Source: Lama guanicoe (taxonomy: Eukaryota). Taken from it: a DNA stretch of 64,000 nucleotides. The stretch is from positions 192,403 to 256,402 of the forward strand of contig MU054645.1 in NCBI GenBank assembly GCA_013239625.1, written 5' to 3'. The notes below the pieces were generated by a model, which was not told where the DNA came from, searched no databases, and saw nothing but the letters and a program-made list of their open reading frames with translations. The position numbers and the translations under genes were made by a program. The first letter of the stretch is position 1; each line of letters starts with the position of its first letter. Shown here piece after piece: positions 34,701 through 46,700 of the stretch.

Positions 34701-37700
34701 TCTAGTGCATGTGTGCGTGTGTCTGGTGTGAGAACGTACACGAATACATATGTGTGGGTGTGTGTCTTAAGGATCTCTTGGAAAATCCTATTCAGGGTAG
34801 TTTTGATGCAGGGCTGGCTTCCCTGGGAAGGAAAGATGGTCTAGGCTCCTTCCTGAAGGATCCTAGGACATAGGAGCTACCCAGGACGTCAGAGGACATC
34901 AAGGCCTCCTATCCGAACCCTAAGACACCCAGCAATGACTGTCAGTGGGATGCTATGGGCATTTGGGGATATTCGTTGCTTGGGACTGCCCACATTGCAG
35001 GTCATTCAGCATCCCTGCCTACCAGGTGCCTAGGAGCCTTGAAAGAACCCCAAACTCCACCACTCATTTTACACACACTCTGAGGGAGGGGCCACCCCAA
35101 GTAGGAAACCCTGGAGCCTCTAACCTCTGCCCTCTTGTCCCAGGTACCTGCCAAAGCGCTTGCAAGATCTCTAGCCCTTGCTTGAAGGCAGACAGTGGAG
35201 CCTGTGGCCCAGACAGCTGTCCCTACTGCGCCCGGGCCGGGGCAGGGGAGGTGGAGCTTGCCGGCCATGAGATGCCTGACTCAGACAGCGAGGGAATTTA
35301 TGAGTTCACACAGGATGCCCAGCATGGTGACCTCCGGGACCCCCACAATCGACGTCGACAGAGCCTTGGGCTGGACGTGGAGCCCAACTCTGTGCTGGCC
35401 TTCTGGAGGCTGATCTGTGACACCTTCCGGAAGATTGTGGACAGCAAGTACTTTGGTCGGGGAATCATGATTGCTATCCTGGTCAACACACTCAGCATGG
35501 GCATCGAATACCACGAGCAGGTAGGGCCATGGTCCCTGGGGCTGGGGACTCTCTGCCTTCCTCCCCTCCCACCCACTATGTTCAGTTTCCTCTCCATGCT
35601 GCTAGCCTGCCTGGCAGGGAGGAGGAAGGGAGGAAGATGCATCAATGCGTGGGGACTCTTTGGAGGGTGAAAACTAGTGAATGTTGCCTAGTCTCTGAGT
35701 GTGGAGGTTGCCCAGGGCAAGGGCAGGGTCTGAGCTGGGCATGTTCTATCTGGGAAGGCTTCTGAGAGGAGGCGGGCTTTAAAGGATGTAAATGAGTGAT
35801 GATCATCAGATGTGGGCAAGGACTGTTTGGAGAAACAAGTCACATATAGGGGGTGGGCCAGGCCCCCTGGCGTTCATCTGACGCAGTCATTAGGGACGTG
35901 ACTGGCTGGAGGCTGGAGGGACTGTGCAGGTAGGGGTGAGGAGTGGAGGGTTGGGGCCTGCACCTGGGTGGGGTAGGGAGGAAAGCTATCTGGCTCCAGC
36001 CTCTGTTCTGGGAGCTGGGCTGCAAGTGGGGAGGGCGGCGCTGGGTGGAGGAGAGCTCCCTGCATGGTGAGGGGACTTGAAATCATTGCGTTTGGAGAAT
36101 CGTTCTAAGAACCGGGATGTTTAGTCAGGAGAAGAGGAGGCTCAGCAGGGACAGGCGAGCTGTCTTCAAATATTTGAAGGGCTGTCATGTGGAAGAGGGA
36201 GCAGACTTGTTTCGTGGGGCCGATGGCTGCCAGCAATGGGACCTGGGCTGAGGGGGAGGAGGCCGCTTTCTCTGTCAGAGCTGTGCAAGGACAGAAGGGG
36301 TGGCCGGGGAACCCCACGGACCCCCACCCCCTCACTGACTGGAGGCCGGAGCAGGCACCGTGGGGCCTTACAATTCGCTTTGGCTTCATGCCCCACAGGG
36401 TTCCTTCCAGAAGGCAGTCCTTCCCCCTGTCTGGCCTTCTAGGTCAGCCCCTTGGCTGATTCTGGGGAAAGGAAGGAGGCCAGCAGGCAGGCCCTGCGGT
36501 GCGCAGGCCCCTGTGGGCTCGCCTCTCCTGGGTGTTTTCACCGCCCTGGTGCTCCGGGAGGGGCTGGGGCTGCCAGAACCTGACCTTCCCTGGTTTGGAC
36601 CGAGGCTGTGCACTGCCCCAAGCCCTCTAATCATGAGTAGAGGCTTGCGGAGGCTGGAGGTGTGGAAGGGGCGGGCAACGTGGGCCTGGGCTCCCCTGGG
36701 CATGCCCATGGGGGATTCGGGGTAGAGGGTCTGGGTCAAGGCTGGGGAACCTAAGTCCAAGCCGGTACTGGAGCAAACATGGGATGTTCACTTTTCAGGG
36801 GGATCTGAAGCCCCTTGACATCCACTCCATTCAGCTCTCGGCTCCTACCCCAACTGTCCTGTCCCGCCAGGGGCACCCCAGCCTCTCCCCCATCACCATC
36901 ACACACACCCCTTCCTCTTGCCACAGTGCCTCCCCCATTCCCTTCATACAGCAGTGAGGTGGGGGTGGGGCAGGACACCGCTGCAATGTCAGCAGGTGGG
37001 GAGTATGGCACTTTGGTGGGTGTGTTGTGTCTGGGCGCATGGGCGTGGGTGTGTGCTCCTGCCTGCTCAGCAATCCTCCTGGGGAGAGGCACTCTGCCCC
37101 GCCAGGCTGATGGGGGCAGCATTTTCTGTTGCTGGGACCCAGGTGGTGGCAGCTCCTGCTCTCTCATTACCCCGGCTCCCCAAACCTGAATCTCAGCCTC
37201 CTCTCCCTTACCCCAGTTCTGGCCGTGGTCAGATGCCTCTCCCCCAAGGGGGTACCTCCTCGGCTGCTGGTGGAGGTTTTGCACTGGGAAGAAGCTGAGT
37301 CACAGAGACTGAGGGCAGATGAAGCTGCAGCAAGAGGGCTCAGTTAGACATCAAGAAGGACACTCCCTTGGGGAAGAAATAAAAGCAATCAGTCAGGAAT
37401 GCCTGCAGCATCTCCTTATCCTCCTAAGGAAAGCAGGGAACAGCCTTTCCCGCCCAAGACCTCAGCAGTAGGGAGTCCCCACTCAGTGGTGGCAGAGTCT
37501 GCTCTGAGGAGGAGTTTTCCCAATACCTGGTTGCTGAGGGCCCCACAAGGGTGAGCAGGAGTCCCTAATAGGCCAGACAGATGACTGGCTGCTGCCCAGC
37601 AGGCTCAGGGGCTGGGGGTGGTAGGAAATCCCAGAAGCAGTCATGGCCCTGTGTTTACAGGCACTGCAGCATGACTGTCCTGCCATCTGGGTTCTGGAGC

Positions 37701-40700
37701 CTGAGCAGGCTGAGGGGGGCAGGGAAGGGTGCGAGATGTGGAGGCCGAGAAACAGAAACACCAAGGGGGAGATGGAGACTCCGAGGGAGACAGAGAGAGA
37801 AAGGGAGAGATAGAGACAGAGATGGGGAGATGGGGACACAGAGAGCAACATGGAGACCCAGGGGGAGAGAGATATAAAGACAGGAAGGCAGAGACAGAGA
37901 CAAGAGTGTGAGAGAAATAAAGGGAGAGATTGAGACTCAGGGGAAGGTGTCAGAGACAGGCAGAGTCACAGAAACATAGGGGTGACAGACAGAGAATTAC
38001 AGAGAACGAACTGAAGACAGAGACCAAGACCCAGATGCAGACAAGGACAGATGGGGCAGGGACAGGGAGACGGAGGCTCAGATGGAGCCTCAGATGAAGG
38101 AGAGAGGAGCCAGTTGCACAAGAGAGCTGAGAGAGACAGCGAGGGAGTGTCCACAGTTGCTGACAGAGACAAGGACAGAGGCTCATAGTTTCCCTGCAGT
38201 GCCCTTAATGAAGCACTTGTGTCCTTCGATCCTGGTATTGATCAGAAGAGGTGGGGGGCACTGAGGAATTTGTTGCTGGTGCTTCCCTGGTGGAAGAGCC
38301 CAGCCTTCTTTACACCCCGTTGCTGCTGCCCTCTCCTGGCCTGTCCTCTCCCACCACTGTCTGCCTTACCCATCATTCCGTTTTCCTGCTGGGGACCGTG
38401 ATACCCCTCCAGCCCCTCCTGACTGTGGAAGTACCCACTTTCTCACAGCCCATGCTACCCAAGCTAGGCCCCATGCTGTCCACACTCTCCTGCTTTCCCC
38501 ACCCCTGAACCCACCATCTAGTGGAGAAGTGGTAGGACTAGTTTGCCCAGAGAGACTGGTGAGGACGAGGACACAGGACTCTGAGGAGGGAACAAGAATA
38601 TGATTTGAAGTCAGAAGTGTGAGCTGATGGAGGGCGCACATGTGTCTGCCCCATCCACTAGGGGGCAGTACGTGGAATAAGGAACTTGTTAATTATCCAT
38701 CCATCCAACCATCCATCCAACCATCCATCTGTCCATCCCCCACACATTTTCTGTGCATCAGTGTTGGACCTAAGCAGTGGCATGCTGATAAATGTTTAAA
38801 AACCAGCCCTTTAAAAAGAAAAAAGAAAAAAAATCCTGATTTGTGATGTTTGTAGCATTTGCCAATTTCCATGGTGTAAATGCTCCCACTGTGGTTGATT
38901 TCAAGCTACCAAGGTGATGTCACTGCACGTGGAGTGTGGGAAGAGAAGTGCACAATAAGACACTCCCACACACCCCTGGGCTGGGGCACTTTGTCCTTCC
39001 TCTCAAAGAGGTCACCGACAAGTAAAGGCACACTTGACAGTGTCTAGTGGTACGTGCTTGGAGAAGGTACACAGAGGAGTAGCACATGACCCAGATTCGG
39101 GAAAGGATTCAGGGAGGGCTTCACCTAGGACATGACCTTGGAGCTGAGTTTGACGGAAGAGTGGCATACAGCCAGTGAATGATGGAGGGTAGGGCAGGGT
39201 TTGGGGGAGGGCCAGAGGCACTGGACACCAAAATGGAGAGATTTATAAGGAGTTCAGAATGAATGGGGTACTTGGGTAGGGGCTGGGATGGGCAAGTAAC
39301 AAGAGATGAACTTGGAAGAAATTCAAGGCCAGGTCCTGAGAGACATAGGAAGGAGTTTGGATTTTTTCCTGAAGGTGAGAGATTCCCAAGAAAGGTTTTA
39401 AGCAGGTCAATAACACGAGCAGGTTTGTGTTCTATTGAAAGTCCTCCGGAAGCCATGTGGGGAGTAGAAGGGAGGGGGAGGCAGGAGGCAGGGAGGCCAA
39501 CCAGAAGGCTACTGCAGTCGCCCAGGCAGTTCATGCTTCTCTGTCCCTGGAGATGGAGAAATGAGGGCTGGGGAGAGCTGGCACGTGGCTGAATCTGCAG
39601 AACTCAACACTTGTTGGATACCTAGGGGAGGGGCAGCAAGGATGGCACCCAGGTTTCTGCCTGGGGCGGGAGCACTGGGGCTTGTGCAGATTTGGAGGGC
39701 ATTGCATACCTCATTGTTGTGCCTGTGGGACATCCCAGCACATATCCAGCATGTTGGAGCTCAGGAGAGAGGCTGTCTCCTGGAAGCAGTCTGGGTATGC
39801 ACGGGGGCAAGGCCCCTCTAGGAGGAAGGGAGGGTGCAGGGATGGGAGCTCAGTGACACAGGAGCTTCCTAGTCGTCCTCTTCCTGTTGCTGGGCTGCTG
39901 GGGGGCAGGGGCTAACCTCATATTCTAGAAGAGGGCCACCAGCATGTAGGGAAGTAGGGAGGGGCACGCAGCCCAGTGTCTCCTGGACTGCAGAGAAGAG
40001 AGAGGGAGGGTCCAGAATAGACGGCCTTTCAGGCCAGAAGAGGACAGGGCAGGTGATGATTCTGCTCATTTCTCAGACTCTGGGCCCATCCTGTCACTCT
40101 CGATACATGTCTATGGAGGGTTTCTATTTATAAGTGAGTGAGGTCAGCTGTTCAAGGCGAGGGAAGCTGGGGGTGGGGTGGGGGGAGTCCAGATGTGGTA
40201 GGTCTTAACTTTGACGGGATTCACAGATGCCTTTTGGATTCTGCTGAAAGCTGGGACTCTCTCCCCAGAAGATAGACACATGCATGGACACCCCAAAGTG
40301 GCCTTCCAGGACAAGGGTTGACAAATACCTATCCTATCCCTTGGGCCTCCCAGGAGTCCTTGACTTCTAGGCAGAGTTGCTGGGGCTGGGGGCCACACAG
40401 GACTCTGGGGGATGATGCTTTTCCAGTTGCCCTGGCCCCAGACTTTCAAAGACTTTCCAGATATGGGAGAAGGGTGCCATTTTGGAAATGGCTGGCTAAA
40501 AGGGGTGCCCGCATTCCTCTAGGCATCCTCTGGCTCTAGGCTCCCCCAGTTCAGCAAACTCAGGGAGCACCTCCTGTGCTCAGCACACTAGAATAGGATC
40601 ATAGAATGGGGTGGGGGCAGTGCCAGGGGCACCCAAGAAACATAGATTCCAACAGAAAAGTGATACTGCTTTATCCTACACAGGAGGTTTTGGAGGGCTT

Positions 40701-43700
40701 CATGAAGGAGGTGGCTCTTGAGAGTGGCCTTGAAAGATAAATGGGATTGGCAGCTGAGGCTAGGAGCAGAGAGGTCTAGGTGGAAGGACTAGGGGGAATT
40801 CCAGCAGCCTGGCCTGGAAATGCACAGGATGGCATGGGATGCTCTTAAGGACAGTTATGTTGCCTCCCCCAACCCCACCCCGAGTGGTCTGAGCAGAAGT
40901 GTATGAGTCCAGCAGTGCTATTGAAGCTGGAGCTTCCAGGAGGTGTGGGCTGGCTGTGTTGGAGGAGGGACCTGGAGGCTAATTCTGTCGTTCAGGTCAG
41001 AGGCAATGAGGGCCCCAAGTATGGTGGTGGCGGGGGGAGAAGGAGGGGGTGGGGGCCCAGCAATTCCATTGGCAGAGTCTGTGGGCCTGGGCACCTGCTG
41101 GAGGAAGAGGGCAAGCATAAATCCTAGATAACTCCTAAGTTCCAAGACAGAATCCTGGAGAGTGATGGAGCCCGGAAGCTGAGGAGGAGCAGGTTTGCGA
41201 GAGGAGGTGAGAGGGTTTGTTTTGGACTTGCTGCGTTTGAGCTGGCTGTGGGCCATCCTGGGAAGCCCATCAGGCAGGCTGGCTCTCCGGGTGAGGAGCC
41301 AAGGCTTGGATGGAGATTGTTTCGTGTTGTCTACACCCCTGTGACAGCTGGGGAGGTGGGAGCTGGGAAGATGGTGGAGTGGGGAGCCAAGGGGCTCTGA
41401 CTGACCTCTGAGGAATGTTGGCCTGAGGGGAGAAAGGCAGTGGGGAAAGGAGCCCCGGGAGAGCAGGAGGTGCCGCATAGGGTCAGGGAAGTCAAGAGAG
41501 GTGGCCATCAGGCAGGAGGGGCTGGCGGCAGACTCCGGTACTGCCCTAGGAGGAGGGCCAGGAAGAGGGTCTTTGGAGAGAACTGGCACTGCGGGGCCCA
41601 GGGTTCAGAGGTGAAGAGGCCTGGATCCATGCGAAGGTTTCTGCCTCCAGGCAGGGGAAAGGATATTGGAGAAATGCAGAAAGTAGAGATAACTGATGGA
41701 ATGAGATGGAGCCCAGGGGAGCCTGGGGGGCAGGGGTGAGACGGAGGTGCAGGTGGAGCCAGCTGGCTCCCTGCCAGGAGGGAAGAGAGGTGAGTAGGTT
41801 GCAGGGCGCAGAGTTATTTGGGGGAGGGACGTACAGCCCCATGAAGCAGGAGGCCAGGCTGGGTGTGGGGATAGGGCTGAGGAGAGGGAGAAGTTTTGAG
41901 GCAGCTCCTCGGGGCGAAGGATGGAGACCCAGCATTAGAGGACAAGGACCACAGGTACAGAGCAGTCCTGGGGCCCCCAGCAGGGCATTATCCTGGCCAG
42001 TCAGCACAGGTCTGTGACTCTCACAATGCTCAGCAGTTCCACCCCCACAGCAGAGAGGCGGAGGGGGTGGGGACTTCCCTGGGCCAGAGCTGGCAGGACT
42101 GGAGTCCTCTAGGGTCTGTGGCCTGAGGGTAGCCTTTAAATGGTCCGCTATGGGCTCAGGGCAGAGAGATTGTGCAGGCAGGTGAGGGGCAGGTGTCGCC
42201 GCTCACAGAAGCTTTGAGTGGACTGTCTCCAAGCTGAGTGAGCACAGTGGGTGCCCTGTACCGACCTAGCTTGTGTGTTCTCTTGGGGTGGCTCTGGGAA
42301 GCTGGTGGGAGACCTTGGGGAGGGGCTAAAGCCACCCCCTGGTTGGGAGGCAGTGACACTTAACTGAGCCCAGTGGGCATGAGGGGCTAGAGAATACATG
42401 CTGAGAGAGCTGGCGCACTTGCAGGGGGACAGAGAAGAGCAGGGCCACAGTGTATGTGATGAGGCCAGTGGGGTCTCCTGGGAAATTCTCACCCCCTAGG
42501 TGACGGATGCCGACCCTGACTTCCCACACCTCGGAGGAGGAGGAGGAGGGGAGGGAGGTGGAGGTCCCACTGACCCAGTGATCCTCACCCCATCACAGTG
42601 GCCCACCTGGACCACCTCTTTTGGGTGTGTGAGAGCAGCAGGAACGACTGTCAAAGGCAGAGGTGAAGTGAGCCAAGGAGTCAGAACTGGGGAGCAGAGA
42701 TTTTGGGGTCAGTGGAACAGGTGGCAGCTGAGGAGGTGGAGGGTGAGGGTGGTGCTCGGACAGGGCTGAGGTGACTCATTCATACAGGCTCTGCTCAGCC
42801 CTGGCTTGTTCCCCCCTTGCGCCTTCCCTGTGAAAGGCTCATCCCTGTCTGCCAGAGCTGTCTGTCAGGCCTCCTGCCTGGACCACTGCAGTATCCCCTA
42901 ATTGGTCCCCGTCTCTTCATCTCTCCAGGCCATCCACACGCTGCCACCACTGTGGCAGATCAATCTTCTTAATACACCACTTTGCACATCTCCTCCCTCC
43001 CCTCAGAAGCCTCAGTGGCAGCACTGTGGGCACAGGCAAGTCTGGCCTAAATTGTGGACTAGAGTCAGGGCCGGTCTGCCTGGGCCCCGCCCACCCAGCC
43101 CTCTTGCTCCCCAGTGGCCCTTCCAACCCTCTGCCCCGGACTGACACTGGATTCTTGGTCCCGGAGTGTACTCTGCTCATTCCTTCCTCTGCACCTTTGC
43201 TTCACCAGCCAGGGATGCCCTGCATGGGAGTTCTCCTCCCACTGCCTCCTCCCCACTGACCCACTGACCTCAGCTGGTTTGAGCCCCTGGGGCCCTCTTG
43301 GTGTCTGCCCTGACGTGGTGCTTCACTGCAGCCTTGCAGGCACTCTGTCCCGCCATATGTGAGGGCTACTGCCACTGTCAGTACCCATGGGGCCACTTCA
43401 GTGGGTCTCTGGCCTGGGTGTTTTTACACCCTGGGTTCTGCAGAGTAGCTTTGCCACAGGGTGCTGTTACCCTGTTTAATTGAAGAGGCCACTGGGAGTC
43501 AGCAAGGTTAAGGGACTTAACCAAGGTCACCCAGGTAGAAAGTTTGTGTGTTGGCAGGACTCCTGCACTCAGGTTCAACCCCACCTCTTAGCAGCATTGG
43601 TCAGAGCAGGCACTTTAAGGGTTAGTGGATGGAGGTGCTCTGGGTTTTGGGGGAGTCCTCGTGCTGGAAAGTATTGAGCAGCTTCCCTGGAGTGCAGGTG

Positions 43701-46700
43701 CTCCAAGGTGCCAGGCCAAAGGGAGGGGAAGCCTTGGGAGACAGGAGTGGGGGATTGACAGTTAAAGTCAGCACAGAGAAGAGCCTGGGGCCTCTGGGTG
43801 GGAGAAGCTCAGGCTGGATGGCCTCCACGCACAGAAGCCCCACTGGTCCTCGACATCTGTGAATAGAAGGGAGGATGCAGCCAAGACCCGAGAAAGGACT
43901 TCCTGGCAGCGGAGGGGAGGCTGGTACCTGCCTGATGGGCTTGTGTGCGTCTGCCTGGGCTGACTGGGTGTGTGGAGGGCCGGCAGCACGGAAAGATGTG
44001 GGGGACAGACAGACCTTGCTCTCCACCTCTTTAAGCAGTGACTGCCATCAAGTCAGCACACATTGGAGCCTCCGTTTCTCTAGCTATCAAGGAGGCTCGC
44101 ATCCCTCCCTCATTTGGTTGTGAGCAGGGAGGAAATGAAGTCCTGGGAGGAAGGTGCTGGCAGTGCAGGGTCCATGGAGGGCATGAGCAGAAGTTGGCTG
44201 CCTCCCTGTCCCTTTGCAGCTGCAGCGGCCACGACCATGGCTCTGGTCCCTGGGGCAACCGTGTTGCTAAGATTGTGTCTCTGTGTCCTCATCGTGCATT
44301 TGCAAAGTGTTCCCAGCCTCCAATTTAGTAACTTGGACAGACCTGGCTGTCCAGGGGAGGAGGGCTTTTTTTCCCATGGATCATAGGGACACCAGGGCCC
44401 TGGAAGGGAATAGGCATTTCCCCTAAGTGTGCGCAGTGAGGAGAGGGAGGGCACGCTGAGGGGAGGGTGCCTGGCCCTCCTTTCTACCTGCTTCTCCAGT
44501 CCTGGAGCCTCCTGGCTGGGCAGGTTAGATCCAGCCTTTGCCACCACCCTCTTGATGAAGACCAATGACGCAGGCCCTGGGGGAGCTTGCACCATCCTTC
44601 TGATGAGGCTGGTATGCAGCTGGTGTGTGTGAGCGTGTACATGTGTGTGTCAGCGCGTGTGTGTCTGTGTGTACCTGTGAGCCCTCAGGTGTAGACTGTC
44701 ACAAGGCTCGTGGGTAACATCAGGAAATGGTGACATCACCCCTCTCCCCGTCCCACACACGCCCGGAGTAGTTGTACTTTAAAGATTTCACTGATTGAGT
44801 AAATACATGATGCTCAAAGCTATAGTGCTTTCAGTTACTTTCAAGAACCATTTTATTAATTTTTGTTTTTGGTAGCTTTTTTGATGTATAATGTATATGC
44901 CATACAATTCACCCATTGTAAGTGTACCTCAGCTATGCTTTCAAACTCATTCCTTATTCATGCACCTATGTTCATGTGAAAGATAATTTTATATACATTA
45001 GAAAACACATGAAGTATTCAGTCCATCCACATCTGGGCTCGGAGGCCCTTCACTGTCACCCAGGTTGGGTTTGGATTCTGTCTACCCAGGATCAGCGGAG
45101 TCAGAGTAAGGTGGGATTGGGTCCCGCTCCCTGGCTGTCCCTACCCTGTGACTTTGCACAAATCATTCATCGTCTCTTGACCTCTTTTGCTCATCTGTAA
45201 GACCAGGGTGCAAAGGCTGTTGTGTAGGTGGCACCAGGTGAGACACGTGGTGAGCCTGGGAACCTGCAGAGCGTTGTGCTGGTGTGGCCTGCCCTTAACT
45301 GTCTTTATCTAGTCCAAGGAGGGACAACTGGGCAGATGGCAGAGTGACAGGGAGGCAGGCTTGCTGACCATGGCTTCCTGGCAGACTGGACTTGCGAGCA
45401 GAGAGTGAGACATCCACTTAGGAGGGGTCTAGCCCTGGTCTTTATCTGTCCTGCCCAGCGCCCCTTCCCCATCACCTGCACCGTGCTCGTGCTGGGGAGA
45501 CCAAAGTGGACTCTCTGTGGCTCCACTTGCTGGGTCAGGTGGCAGTGCCTCCTCCTGCCCCCACTCACAGTCTGGGGAGCAGAGACTTGCTCCAGATCTG
45601 CTGGAGCGGCGGGCTCCGTGCCACACCAGCCCCCATGACAGCCACTTGCTCTCTGGACAGCTGGCTCTTGGCCCTACTTATTGACCCTGGCTCTACTCCC
45701 CAGACTTGCTTTTGGAGAGAATCCATGCATGGGTTGAGAGCTTCTCTCCTTCCAAGGAGCCATTGACCCCCAAATGCCCCTCACCTCCCAGTCAGAAGGT
45801 CTTTCCTTCCATCTCTCCCCCTTCCCACCCAGGCTGGCCACACAGATTGGGGTCATTAGGATACATTTGGTGCCCAAGGCCTGGCTCCATGATTGGGTGA
45901 CCTACCTGGGCAGCCAGCCAGACGAGGCAGCTGGGTAAACAGAGGAAGGTGTCTGATGTGCTAAGGGCTTCATTTGGTTATTTAACTCAAACGTTTTGAG
46001 TAGCTACTATGGACCTTGGGCTTTTGGTTGGTTAGGATACCTTATCAGGTGGGTAGTGGGCTCCACTGAGCCAATCATGTCTCACTTTGCAGCCGCAGCC
46101 TCAGCCCTAGCCCTCAGCCTGGCCAGGCCCCTCCCTTTCTGCCCAGACATGGCTCATTCCCTGTGCTTGACCCTACGATGCTGTCCCCTCCACCACCTAG
46201 AGAGACCCCATTTGCCCTCAGAGTTCAAGTGCTGCCTCCCAACTAAGGCTTTCCCAGTGTTTTCCTCTCTCACCTTCTCTCCCTCAACTGGATTATCCAG
46301 TAGGTACTTAATATTGAAAGGAGGAGGGAGGGAGGTGACCGCTGTGCTGGAATAGCAGATGAGGTAGAGTTTGTCATTAGTTCTGATGACCTCTCTAGTA
46401 TGTGTCCTTGGTCCTAATCCCAGGCCCTGGATAGGAGCATAAAATAATTACCTCTAGTGTTTTATATTTGACCAGAGAGGTTGAGGATCTTGCAGAAGTT
46501 CACACAGCGAGTTGATAGGATGGGCTGCAAATTGACCCAGGAGTCCAAGTCTGAGATCGTAGCTTCAGGTGCTGCCTCATCTGTGACTACCCTTCTGGGG
46601 GTCTCCCTTCTGCTCATCACTGTGTTTGTGTGTGCATGCTCGTGTGTGTACGTGTATCCATTTGTGTGTGTTTGTGTGTACGTGTATGCAGTGTGTGCAT

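Noticed and set aside
34380-34765. About six TGCATG (RBFOX) motifs in intron 8
   Set aside because: Expected by chance in a TG/CA low-complexity tract, and the neighbouring exons appear constitutive.
40918-41589. 223-aa minus-strand ORF
   Set aside because: Overlaps degraded L2-like sequence; not a plausible intact protein.
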